Assembly (NCBI GenBank): GCA_902633985.1
Contig: CACPHV010000002.1
Span: 45,439-109,438 of the forward strand
Length of the DNA: 64,000 nucleotides
Reading direction: 5' to 3'
Origin: an uncultured Pelagibacteraceae bacterium
GTDB taxonomy: Bacteria > Pseudomonadota > Alphaproteobacteria > Pelagibacterales > Pelagibacteraceae
Part shown: positions 1 through 9,313 of the stretch, in pieces
How positions within the stretch are numbered: position 1 is the first letter of the stretch
Layout: the number at the start of each line of letters is the position of its first letter
Notes under the pieces: model-generated
The model's database searches: none
The model's input: the letters and a program-made list of their open reading frames with translations, nothing else
Told to the model about the DNA's origin: nothing
Position numbers and translations under genes: made by a program

Positions 1-117
1 TTTTCAAAAGGAATTGAGGTTTTGACAAGTCCAAACCCAAACTCTTATTCAATCCCTTATGATGGTCCCTTAAAATCTGCAATTGAAAAATGGTTACCTT
101 TTAGTAAAGATAAATAA
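1..117 (+). CDS. 3' end of a CDS truncated by the window edge (hypothetical)
   Basis: Frame 1 is open from base 1 (FSKGIEVLTSPNPNSYSIPYDGPLKSAIEKWLPFSKDK*). Its TAA overlaps the next ATG (TAATG). Confidence 0.6.
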   Translation, partial: FSKGIEVLTSPNPNSYSIPYDGPLKSAIEKWLPFSKDK

Positions 118-497
118 TGGATAAGATAGCAAAAAACTTACAATTAGCATTAATGATTATTATCTTAATCAGTACTGTTATTGCTGTTGGGATTGAAATG
201 AAAAATATGTTCTTAAATCAATCTGTTACGTTAGCAGATTTGCTTTTAATGTTTCTTTATTTGGAAGTACTAGCAATGGTTAGGGTTTTTTGGAACCAAC
301 AATCTATTAGTATTACCCTACCACTTCTTATTGCAATAACCGCCCTTGCACGATTTATTATTCTACAAGGTAAAGAAATGGATCCTACTGCACTTGTTTA
401 TGAAGCAGTAGCAATTTTGTTAATTGCTGGAGCAATTGTTGTTTTAAGATTAAGACATAGTGACAAATTGGGTCTAAAGAAAAAAAAATCAAAATAA
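117..497 (+). CDS. PsiE-family (phosphate-starvation-inducible E-like) membrane protein
   Basis: Four hydrophobic segments; DLLLMFLYLEV and IAITALARFIIL match the PsiE pattern. Confidence 0.75.
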   Translation: MDKIAKNLQLALMIIILISTVIAVGIEMKNMFLNQSVTLADLLLMFLYLEVLAMVRVFWNQQSISITLPLLIAITALARFIILQGKEMDPTALVYEAVAILLIAGAIVVLRLRHSDKLGLKKKKSK

Positions 498-503
498 TTT
501 TTA

Positions 504-1643
504 ATGATGTTTGAAGCTTCAAGGGCTAAGGCCTTAAATCAATTAAATAATTTTGTTGAGAATAATCTTGGAGAATATTCAAAATTAAGAAATTTTGATT
601 TTGGACCTGAAAAAAGATCTAATATATCTTGCTTATCACCTTATATAACTCATGGAATAATTAATGAACAAGAAGTCATTCAGAAAGCTCTAAGTAAATT
701 TTCTTTTTCAAAAAATGAAAAGTTTATTCAAGAAGTTCTCTGGCGAACTTATTGGAAAGGTTGGTTAGAACTAAGACCAAATGTTTGGACAGACTATCTT
801 GTTGAACTAAATCAAAAAAAAAATGAATTTCAAAATAATCAAGATTATCTTAATGCAATTAAGGGAGAAACAAACATAGATTGCTTTAATGAGTGGGTAA
901 AAGAGCTTAAAGAGAACAACTATTTACATAACCACACTAGAATGTGGTTTGCTAGTGTTTGGATTTTTACTTTAGAATTACCTTGGCAATTAGGTGCAGA
1001 ATTTTTTATGCAACATCTTTATGATGGAGATGCTGCATCAAATACTCTTGGATGGAGATGGGTTGCAGGTGTTCAAACTCAAGGAAAGCACTACCTTGCA
1101 ACTGAATGGAATATTAAAAAATTTACTAACAATAGATTTCAAAATATAAAATTAAATGAAAATGCTACTCCAAAAGTATCTGAAAAATCTTACCAAATAA
1201 TTAAACAAGATTTCAATAACCCACAAAATATTGAGAATAAGAATCTTTTAATTTTTGAGAATAATCTCTCGTTTGAAATCACTGACTTTAAGGAAAACGA
1301 CTTTAAGAAAATTTACTTGGTTTCTAATAAAAATGAAAATAGAACAATAAAACTCAGTGAAAAATTAGCGAAATTTAAATCTCATTTAATAGAGGACCAA
1401 GAACAAAGATTAAAAAATCAATCTATTGATTGTCAAATTATAGATATAAATGAATTAACAAACATTGAAAATTATTACGGTTTGTATCCAACTGTAGGTG
1501 AAAATTTAGATTTTTTAAATTCTAATAATTTAAAGATAGATTTTTTATATAGAGATCTTGATCAATTGGCTTGGCAATACTGTAATAAAGGTTTTTTTAA
1601 TTTTAAAAATTATATTCCTAAAATAGTTTCAAGCTTTAATTAA
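504..1643 (+). CDS. DNA photolyase with N-terminal FAD-binding domain (short/inverted NewPHL-like class)
   Basis: SCLSPYITHG, KFIQEVLWRTYW, YLHNHTRMWFASVW and DGDAASNTLGWRWVAG all lie in the first ~200 aa of a 379-aa protein. Confidence 0.85.
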   Translation: MMFEASRAKALNQLNNFVENNLGEYSKLRNFDFGPEKRSNISCLSPYITHGIINEQEVIQKALSKFSFSKNEKFIQEVLWRTYWKGWLELRPNVWTDYLVELNQKKNEFQNNQDYLNAIKGETNIDCFNEWVKELKENNYLHNHTRMWFASVWIFTLELPWQLGAEFFMQHLYDGDAASNTLGWRWVAGVQTQGKHYLATEWNIKKFTNNRFQNIKLNENATPKVSEKSYQIIKQDFNNPQNIENKNLLIFENNLSFEITDFKENDFKKIYLVSNKNENRTIKLSEKLAKFKSHLIEDQEQRLKNQSIDCQIIDINELTNIENYYGLYPTVGENLDFLNSNNLKIDFLYRDLDQLAWQYCNKGFFNFKNYIPKIVSSFN

Positions 1644-1861
1644 AACCAACGAACCATCCCAATAATTCCAGCTGTTGCATAAAAAAATTGTAATAACAAA
1701 ATTCCTTTATGACCGCCCCTATAAGCCCAAATTCCAATTAAAATGGCTGACAATAATAGTAGACAAAAACCAAAAAATTCTATTCCTATGTTTAAAGCAA
1801 CAAACAAAGAATACAATATTGCAGTTATAACCCCTGCCCATTCAAAGATTTTATTATTCAT
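1640..1861 (-). CDS. small membrane protein
   Basis: 73 aa, about 3 TM segments; overlaps the stop of the upstream GATase by 4 bp. Confidence 0.7.
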   Translation of the reverse strand: MNNKIFEWAGVITAILYSLFVALNIGIEFFGFCLLLLSAILIGIWAYRGGHKGILLLQFFYATAGIIGMVRWF

Positions 1862-2577
1862 AAAAGTTTTTTAAAATTATTATAAAGGATTCTAGAATAG
1901 TTATTCATATCTTTCATGTTATCTTTTGCAGATTGATCAAACTTTTCTAATGCTCCATTGCCAAGCTGATTCTCTAAAGCTTTTTTATATTCTGGTACAC
2001 ATCCCCACTCGTTGACTGTGGTATCTTTTATTTCTATATGAAATTGAATTCCATAAGCATGGTTTTGATATTTAAAAATTTGATACTTAGTGATTGGCGA
2101 AGAAGCTAGTAAAGTTACATCTTTATTATTTTCAATACCTTGAACCTCATAAGAGTGCCATTGTAAACTTTTAATCGTATTAGGAAATTTTGAAAATAAT
2201 TTATCCTCATCTTTTTCATTAGAGAAATTAATATCCATAATCCCTATTTCTGCTGGTTTAGATTTAACCACTTTTCCACCAACTACTTCTCCTAAAAGCT
2301 GACAACCTAAACAAAAACCTAAATAGGGTTTTTTTAAATTCACAACAAATTCTCTAATTTTTTTCTTTTCTTCTATTAACCAAGGATATTCTTGTTCCAT
2401 ATAAGTATCCATTGGACCCCCCATGCAAAACATTCCATCAAATTTACTTAAATCCTCTGGTATTTTTTCACCTTCATCTAACTCAATGGTAGTTAGGTTA
2501 AATCCATCAGCTAACATTAAATCTTTAATATACCCTGGATCTTCTATTTTAATATGCTGTAGTACTATTATATTCAC
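1858..2577 (-). CDS. class I glutamine amidotransferase (GMP-synthase-like, stand-alone)
   Basis: MGGPM, GFCLGCQL (catalytic Cys), QWH and QFHIE (His-Glu). Confidence 0.85.
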   Translation of the reverse strand: MNIIVLQHIKIEDPGYIKDLMLADGFNLTTIELDEGEKIPEDLSKFDGMFCMGGPMDTYMEQEYPWLIEEKKKIREFVVNLKKPYLGFCLGCQLLGEVVGGKVVKSKPAEIGIMDINFSNEKDEDKLFSKFPNTIKSLQWHSYEVQGIENNKDVTLLASSPITKYQIFKYQNHAYGIQFHIEIKDTTVNEWGCVPEYKKALENQLGNGALEKFDQSAKDNMKDMNNYSRILYNNFKKLL

Positions 2578-2582
2578 TAAGC

Positions 2583-2711
2583 TTAGCTTAGCTTAGAACA
2601 CTTCTTGGAACAATATTTTACTCTATCCCAATTTAACTTCCATTTTTTTCGCCATGTAAATGGTCTTTTGCAAACTGGACAAATTTTTGAAGGTAAATTT
2701 TGTTTTTTCAA
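2583..2711 (-). CDS. DUF2256-family cysteine-rich microprotein (42 aa, absent from ORF track)
   Basis: TTG start; translates to [42 protein letters not shown], with the KxCxxCxRPFxWRKKW...YCSxxC signature. Confidence 0.85.
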   Translation of the reverse strand: MKKQNLPSKICPVCKRPFTWRKKWKLNWDRVKYCSKKCSKLS

Positions 2712-2712
2712 T

Positions 2713-4107
2713 TTAAAAAATTTTATTTGGATTAAGTATGTTTTTTGGATCAAAAAGTTTTTTAATATTTTTCATTAACTTTATTTCTTTTAAGCTTTTT
2801 GTCTTTTTAAAGTCGTCTTTTTTTAAAATACCTATACCATGCTCAGCACTAACAGATCCTTCAAATTTAATTATTAAATTATTAATTATATGTTTTATTT
2901 TTTTCTCATAACTATAAAAATCTTTTTTTATATTTTCTGGTTCAATTAAATTAAAATGAATATTTGAGTCACCAAGGTGACCAAAAATATGAAATTTGAT
3001 CTGAGGTAATAATTCATTAATTTTATATTGAGATTGTAATAAAAAATTTTCTAATTGATTAATTGGTATAGATAAATCAAATCCTATTAATTTTCCGTCT
3101 ATCTTTTGAGCTTCTGTTAATGACTCTCTAAATTTCCAAAAATCTATTGATTGTTGCTCATTTTGAGATATTAAAAATTCTTCAAAATTTCCTTTCAAAT
3201 TTGTATATATCTTTTCAAAATTTATTTCAGAATTTTCAAAATATATAAATTTAACTAATAGATAATAATTCGATTTTTTTTCAAAAAATCTTTTATCAAG
3301 TAAATTGTGTTTTAAACATAATTCAAAAGATAAATCAGATATAAATTCTATTCTTTCAATTTTGTCTAAAAAATTTTGATTTAAATACCTAAATACAATC
3401 AGCAAACTTTTAATAGAATTCATAGAAATAAAAATTGAGGAATGATCAATAGGTTTTGGATAAATTTTAATTCTCGCTTTAGTAATTATACCCAATGTTC
3501 CCTCTGAACCACAAAATAAATCTTTAAGATTATAACCGGTATTATCTTTAATTAAATTTGATCCTAAGTTTAAAACTTCTCCATTTGCCAAAACTACTTC
3601 TAGAGAAAGAATGTTATTTCTTATTGAACCATATTTTATAACGTTCATGCCTCCTGCATTTGTTGCAATAGTTCCACCTACCTGAGAAGATCCTATTGAA
3701 CTCATGTTTAATGGAAAAGTAAAATTTTTTTTTTCTAATTCTAAAACTGCTTTTTCTACAATAACACCTGATTGAAGTTCTATTGATTTATTATTTTCAT
3801 CAATATTAATAAGTTTATCCATTTTCTCTAAATTAATTATTATTTCTGATTTATTTTTAGTAGGTGAAGTACCGCCAACTAATCCGGTATTTCCTCCTTG
3901 AGGAATTAATTTTAGATCGTTTTTACTAGCAAATTTTACTATTTTTGAAACTTCACTTGTTGATTTTGGAAATGCAACTCCCAAACAAATATTTGAAAAT
4001 CTTTTTCTCCAATCAGCACTATAAATTTTAATTAACTCTTTATTTTCCTTATACGTTATAAATTTACAAATACTGTTAATTTTCGACTTAATTAAATCAA
4101 TTTTCAT
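2713..4107 (-). CDS. FAD-linked oxidoreductase (D-2-hydroxyacid dehydrogenase / GlcD-like, VAO family)
   Basis: [47 protein letters not shown] and [10 protein letters not shown]. Confidence 0.85.
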   Translation of the reverse strand: MKIDLIKSKINSICKFITYKENKELIKIYSADWRKRFSNICLGVAFPKSTSEVSKIVKFASKNDLKLIPQGGNTGLVGGTSPTKNKSEIIINLEKMDKLINIDENNKSIELQSGVIVEKAVLELEKKNFTFPLNMSSIGSSQVGGTIATNAGGMNVIKYGSIRNNILSLEVVLANGEVLNLGSNLIKDNTGYNLKDLFCGSEGTLGIITKARIKIYPKPIDHSSIFISMNSIKSLLIVFRYLNQNFLDKIERIEFISDLSFELCLKHNLLDKRFFEKKSNYYLLVKFIYFENSEINFEKIYTNLKGNFEEFLISQNEQQSIDFWKFRESLTEAQKIDGKLIGFDLSIPINQLENFLLQSQYKINELLPQIKFHIFGHLGDSNIHFNLIEPENIKKDFYSYEKKIKHIINNLIIKFEGSVSAEHGIGILKKDDFKKTKSLKEIKLMKNIKKLFDPKNILNPNKIF

Positions 4108-5597
4108 GAAACTGTATTTTTTTTAATAAATTTATCTGCTTCTAATAAAATCAATTTTTTTCTTTCAGGTTTCATTTTATCAAATATCCTTACCATCATA
4201 GATAGACGTGGATTTTTCAAAAAAAATTTTCTATTTCGATCTATGAATCTCCAATAAAGACCATCCATAATATTACACCAATCACCTTTTTTAAAATCCA
4301 TCATTTTCATAAAATATGCAGATCCACAAATATAAGGTTTAGTTGCAAAAATTCCTCCATCACTAAATAATCCCATCCCATATACATTTGGAACCATCAC
4401 CCAATCTGAAGAGTCTACGAACATTTCCATGAACCATTTGTAAACAATTATTGGCTTAATTTCACAGAGGTTCATAATGTTTGACAAGATCATTAATCTT
4501 TCGATGTGATGTGACCAACCATGATTAACTGCATTCTTAATTGCATAATCTAAAGGTGGAAGACCGGTGGTGCCATCGTACCAAGAACTTTTCATTTTTC
4601 TATTTTGTTTAAAAAAATTTCCAGTCTCCATTTCTTGAGAATAGGACTGATAAATTCCACGCATAAATTCTCGCCAACCAATCACCTGGCGGATGTAGCC
4701 CTCTAAAGAATTCATTCTTATTTTATTTTTCTTATGAAAGTCTAAAACTTTTTGGATTACAAATTCAGGAGTAATTAAACCTAAATTTATATAAGGACTT
4801 AATGCACTATGAAATAGAATATTATCTTTTTGATCAACTGCATCCTCATAATCACCAAATAAGTTTGATTTTTCTTTTATAAAAAAATTTAAAAGTTTTA
4901 CAACGTCCTCGTATTCAGTTGCAAACCAAAAATTATTTGTACTCCCTGGGTGATTTTTAAATTCCTTTTCAATAATAGGCTTTAGTTTTTTTGTATGACT
5001 GGTTTCATTTATTTTTGGAAATTTAGGAATTGAAATGTTTTTAGGTAATTTATTTCTGTTATCTTCATCAAAGCTCCATTTCCCCCCGATTGGATTACCA
5101 TCTGAACCCATCAATATCCCTGATTTTTTTCTAACATCTTTATAGAAAGTTGCCATAAAAGGTTTTTTTGATTTTGATAAATAATTTTTAAATTCAGCTC
5201 TTGAATTTAAAAACATATGAGTTTGAACGATATTCCAATGTATTTTTTCTTTTTTTAAAAATTGTGAAATTTTTTTTTCAAAAAATTTATCCTCTACTTC
5301 AAAACTTGAAATTTCTTTTACTTTTTTTTGTGTAATTATTTTTTTTAATTTTTTTAAATAATCATCATTAAATTCTTTGTCTTCAATTTTAAAATAATCT
5401 AATTTAAATTTGTTTTTTCTTAATCCATCTGCATAAGAACGCATTGAAGATAAAAATAATAAAATTTTTTGTTTATGATGCTTTTCATAAGTACATAAAC
5501 CCTTATCTTCAGCCATAAAAAATAGGTGGTCTTTTTTGAAGCGGTCTAGGTATTTTATTGGAAATAATTGATTACCAAGTATAAAAAATAACTTCAT
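4104..5597 (-). CDS. prokaryotic (6-4) photolyase / cryptochrome (PhrB-CryB family), apparently without FeS cysteines
   Basis: LGNQLF, HKQKI, GGKWSFDEDNR, FGDYEDA, LFHSALSPYINLGL, EGYIRQVIGWREF, HHIERLM and WVMVPNVYGM. Confidence 0.88.
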   Translation of the reverse strand: MKLFFILGNQLFPIKYLDRFKKDHLFFMAEDKGLCTYEKHHKQKILLFLSSMRSYADGLRKNKFKLDYFKIEDKEFNDDYLKKLKKIITQKKVKEISSFEVEDKFFEKKISQFLKKEKIHWNIVQTHMFLNSRAEFKNYLSKSKKPFMATFYKDVRKKSGILMGSDGNPIGGKWSFDEDNRNKLPKNISIPKFPKINETSHTKKLKPIIEKEFKNHPGSTNNFWFATEYEDVVKLLNFFIKEKSNLFGDYEDAVDQKDNILFHSALSPYINLGLITPEFVIQKVLDFHKKNKIRMNSLEGYIRQVIGWREFMRGIYQSYSQEMETGNFFKQNRKMKSSWYDGTTGLPPLDYAIKNAVNHGWSHHIERLMILSNIMNLCEIKPIIVYKWFMEMFVDSSDWVMVPNVYGMGLFSDGGIFATKPYICGSAYFMKMMDFKKGDWCNIMDGLYWRFIDRNRKFFLKNPRLSMMVRIFDKMKPERKKLILLEADKFIKKNTVS

Positions 5598-5624
5598 AAT
5601 TAAATATAACTAATAAAATTTTTT

Positions 5625-6335
5625 ATGTCAGAAAAATATGTAATTTTTGGTGCGACAGGTTCTATTGGATCAAGTTTAGCGGAACAATTAAAAAACTCTG
5701 GAAACAATATTCATTTAGTTGGAAGAAATGAAAGTGAACTTAGTTCTATCTCTGAAAAACTTGGATGCTCACATACAGTTGCAGATGTTTTAGAGGATGG
5801 GTTTATTGAAAAAGTTAAATCAGATATTTCTGAAGTTAAAGGCCTAGCTTATTGTGTGGGTTCAATTGATTTAAAACCATTAAGAATTGTAAATGAACAA
5901 GACTTTCAAAAATGCATGAAACTTAATCTTTATTCTGCTGTAGAAGCTATTAAAGGATATCAGGAAAGTCTAAAAAAAAATAAGGGTTCAATAGTGTTAT
6001 TTTCAACTGTTGCTGCTCAAAGAGGTTTTACCAATCATGCAATCATAGCTTCAGCAAAAGCTGCTGTTGAAGGATTGACAGTTTCACTTGCAGCAGAATT
6101 CGCTCCAAACATAAGAGTAAATTGTGTGGCACCAAGTTTAACAAAATCTAAAATAGCAGAACCAATGTTAAAAAATACTGCTATAGCTGAAGGTATTGCA
6201 AAAGCACATCCCCTTAAAAGATTAGGCGAAGGTAAAGACTCTGCTGCTCTTGCTAAATTCCTACTAACAGAAGATAGTTCTTGGGTTACAGGCCAAATAA
6301 TTGCTGTAGATGGTGGTAGATCTAAACTTTCATAA
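5625..6335 (+). CDS. SDR family oxidoreductase
   Basis: GATGSIG, IRVNCVAPS and VTGQIIAVDGG. The usual YxxxK reads IASAK here, so the active site is atypical. Confidence 0.85.
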   Translation: MSEKYVIFGATGSIGSSLAEQLKNSGNNIHLVGRNESELSSISEKLGCSHTVADVLEDGFIEKVKSDISEVKGLAYCVGSIDLKPLRIVNEQDFQKCMKLNLYSAVEAIKGYQESLKKNKGSIVLFSTVAAQRGFTNHAIIASAKAAVEGLTVSLAAEFAPNIRVNCVAPSLTKSKIAEPMLKNTAIAEGIAKAHPLKRLGEGKDSAALAKFLLTEDSSWVTGQIIAVDGGRSKLS

Positions 6336-6336
6336 A

Positions 6337-7404
6337 GTGATCAAATATTTTTTATCGATATTTTTCTTTTTTTTATTTTCATCAAAAAGTTTTTCTGAAA
6401 ATTTTACTTTTAAAAAATTGGCAGATTTAAGCGACCCATGGGGATCGTCTTTTATAAGTGATGAAGAGCTTATTATCACTGAAAAAACTGGAAAAATAAA
6501 AATAGTAAATATTATTTCTGAAGAAGTTTATGAAATTGAACATAACTTAAATTATTTTGTTCACGGACAAGGAGGTTTATTAGATATTATTTATCAAAAT
6601 GATTACTTGTGGATTTCTTATTCAGAAAATAGAGGGAATTGGAAAACAAGCACCTCGATTGCAAAAGCAAAATTAAATAAAAAAAATTTAAATTTCGAAA
6701 ATATATTTCAAGCTGAACCACCAATAGAATCTGGTTATCATTTCGGTTCAAGACTGGCTATAAAAGACAATTATCTTTTTGCATCTGCTGGTGAAAGAGG
6801 TGGTGGTATGATTGCACAAGATCCAACAAGCCATCCTGGAAGTATTATCAGAATCTATTTAGATGGTAGTATTCCAGAAGATAACCCTAAGTTTGATGGT
6901 AAATCAGATTGGTTACCAGAAATTTATCAAATTGGTGTTCGTAATCCTCAAGGTCTAACCTATTCCTCTTTTGATGGAAAAATTTATGCTAGCAACCATG
7001 GTGCAAAAGGTGGTGATTGGTTTGGTGAAATTAAAAAAGGAGAAAATTATGGTTGGAAAATTTTAGGTTGGGGTGGAACAAATTATTCAGGCTCAAAGAT
7101 TGGACCTAAATGGAAACCAGGTTTTACTAAGGCAATCCAATACTGGGTACCTTCAATAGCTGCAAGTGCAATAACTATTTATAAGGGAAAAGAATTTAAT
7201 GAATGGGATGGCGAAGCGCTCATTACTTCTTTAAAAGATAAATCAATGAGAAAATTAAATTTTCAAAATTTATCAAATGTAGAAGAAACTATTATTTTTC
7301 AAGACAAAATTGGAAGAATAAGAGACATACAAGTGCACCCTGTTAATGGAAAAATATTTTTTCTTGCAGGTAATAGCTTATGGTTAATGGAGAAAAAAAA
7401 ATAA
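6337..7404 (+). CDS. PQQ-dependent soluble aldose sugar dehydrogenase (YliI/Asd family)
   Basis: GQGGLLD, HFGSRL, GVRNPQGL, GENYGW and GRIRD. The GTG at 6337 gives a signal peptide and avoids overlap with the SDR; the ORF track starts at 6310. Confidence 0.85.
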   Translation: MIKYFLSIFFFFLFSSKSFSENFTFKKLADLSDPWGSSFISDEELIITEKTGKIKIVNIISEEVYEIEHNLNYFVHGQGGLLDIIYQNDYLWISYSENRGNWKTSTSIAKAKLNKKNLNFENIFQAEPPIESGYHFGSRLAIKDNYLFASAGERGGGMIAQDPTSHPGSIIRIYLDGSIPEDNPKFDGKSDWLPEIYQIGVRNPQGLTYSSFDGKIYASNHGAKGGDWFGEIKKGENYGWKILGWGGTNYSGSKIGPKWKPGFTKAIQYWVPSIAASAITIYKGKEFNEWDGEALITSLKDKSMRKLNFQNLSNVEETIIFQDKIGRIRDIQVHPVNGKIFFLAGNSLWLMEKKK

Positions 7405-7405
7405 T

Positions 7406-8389
7406 ATGAAAAAAAGACCTTATCATCATTTACCTGATGGTACTTTCAGGAATCCAAAAGGTTCTCCAGTAATAATATCCAGATCAGGAAAATTTTCTTA
7501 TAGAACTTTCAGTAAATTAAGAAAAAAAGTTGATTTATCTTATCCAAAAGAACATGTGATTGAAAAAGAAAAAGTATTAGCTGATTTAGATAAATATAAA
7601 GATAATGATTATATTGCTTGGATAGGTCACGCGACATACCTTATAAAATTAGGTAAAACCACTATTATAACAGATCCTGTATTTTCAAAGAACGCTGGAC
7701 CACTTATCTTTGGTCCAAAAAGATTTACTAATCCCGCAATAAAATTAAATGAGATACCCCAAACAGATATATTTTTACTCACTCATAATCATTATGATCA
7801 TCAGGACATGTCAACAATAAGAAATTTCCCTTTTAAGGGAGCAAAAGTATTAACGCCATTAAACCTCGGTAAATATTTTAAAGAATATAAAGATGTAAAT
7901 GAAATGGATTGGTATGATCAAATAATTATAAATGAGGATTTGAAAATTTCTTTACTTCCTGCAGTTCATTGGTCAAAAAGAAGTTTAACAGACACTAATA
8001 AAACTTTGTGGGGTAATTTTTTAATAGAACATAAAAATAAAAAAATTTTATTTGCATGTGATACTGGATATGGAGAAATCTACAAAGAACTAGGTGAAAA
8101 ATATGGTCCTGTAGATCTGACAATGATTAATATTGGGGCTTATAATTTCAAACCAATGTTTGATAAAACTATATATCATACTACGCCAGAGGAGGCCCTG
8201 AATGTTGCACAAGACCTAAAAAGTAAAAAAGTATTAGGGATGCATTGGGGAACATTTGTTTTATCATTAGAGCCAATTATGGAACCCCCAATTAGATTTA
8301 AAGATAGTGCTGAAAAATATGGTTTTAGTAAAGAAGATGCTATTATTTTTAAAATTGGAGAAGTTAGTCCTCTAGATAAATTGTTATAG
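7406..8389 (+). CDS. metallo-beta-lactamase fold hydrolase (RomA/NAPE-PLD-like)
   Basis: WIGHAT, TDPVFS, THNHYDH, PAVHWSKR, CDTGY and MHWGTF. Confidence 0.85.
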   Translation: MKKRPYHHLPDGTFRNPKGSPVIISRSGKFSYRTFSKLRKKVDLSYPKEHVIEKEKVLADLDKYKDNDYIAWIGHATYLIKLGKTTIITDPVFSKNAGPLIFGPKRFTNPAIKLNEIPQTDIFLLTHNHYDHQDMSTIRNFPFKGAKVLTPLNLGKYFKEYKDVNEMDWYDQIIINEDLKISLLPAVHWSKRSLTDTNKTLWGNFLIEHKNKKILFACDTGYGEIYKELGEKYGPVDLTMINIGAYNFKPMFDKTIYHTTPEEALNVAQDLKSKKVLGMHWGTFVLSLEPIMEPPIRFKDSAEKYGFSKEDAIIFKIGEVSPLDKLL

Positions 8390-9310
8390 AGTTAAATACT
8401 TAATTGAAAAAAATATAGTCCCTATAGAAGCAATAGTAGAAACAAAAATTGCTTTAATTATATTTTCGGGACTTACATTATACGCAGCACATAAAACTAT
8501 AGAAGTAACTCCGCAAGGCGCAACACTCACAAAGAAAGCACCTGGTATTTCAGCTGGCAATCCTGCATTAAAAATCACTAATCCAATTAACAATAAAATT
8601 ATGGGGGAAATGACTAATTTTAAAACTGAAATAGAAACAGATAATTTATTAATTACATTTTTAGTATAAAACGAAAGAATTATGCCAATTGCAAACAATC
8701 CAACTGGTGAAACGCATGCTGCAAGTTTAGACAATGTGTATTCAATCGGTGTTTGATCAATATTAAAATTTAATAATAAAAATAATAAACCTATAATTAT
8801 TGAAAGAATAAATGGGTTTAAAAATAAATTTTTAATAAAATTAAATAAATTAACATTTGTTTTTGTGGATAATTCTAGAAAAAAAGCAATTACAGATAAT
8901 AAAATTATCCCATCCATTAATATTATACTTGCAACTTGTGTAATTACATTTTGTTGAAAATAAATTTCTGTTATTGGTAAGAGCAAAGTCACATGATTTG
9001 ATAATGCAACTGTTAAAGCCCAAATTATAGACTCTGGGATAGATCTTTTAAAATATCTTGAAGTAATTAAGTAAGCGATGATTCCACATATCGATTGCAT
9101 AATTAAATAAGAGAAAATTTGTTTGAAATCTACTTGTCCAATTTCATTTTGTGCTATTAGCTTAATAATCAATGCCGGGACTGCAATATAGAACAAGAAA
9201 AGATTTAAAATTTTAGCATGACTAAGGTCTAAAACTTTTAACTTACCAAATACAAACCCTAAAAAAGTAATAAATATAAATGGAGTTAGTCCTAAAAAAA
9301 TTGTGAACAT
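8384..9310 (-). CDS. AEC (auxin efflux carrier) family transporter
   Basis: About 10 TM segments, 308 aa; LNLFLFYIAVPALI, NPFILS and LKLVISP. Confidence 0.8.
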   Translation of the reverse strand: MFTIFLGLTPFIFITFLGFVFGKLKVLDLSHAKILNLFLFYIAVPALIIKLIAQNEIGQVDFKQIFSYLIMQSICGIIAYLITSRYFKRSIPESIIWALTVALSNHVTLLLPITEIYFQQNVITQVASIILMDGIILLSVIAFFLELSTKTNVNLFNFIKNLFLNPFILSIIIGLLFLLLNFNIDQTPIEYTLSKLAACVSPVGLFAIGIILSFYTKNVINKLSVSISVLKLVISPIILLLIGLVIFNAGLPAEIPGAFFVSVAPCGVTSIVLCAAYNVSPENIIKAIFVSTIASIGTIFFSIKYLTL

Positions 9311-9313
9311 AAA

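Noticed and set aside
7406-8389. MBL-fold gene as an antibiotic-resistance or defence nuclease
   Set aside because: Its motifs fit the widespread RomA/NAPE-PLD-like hydrolases, and there is no defence-gene context.
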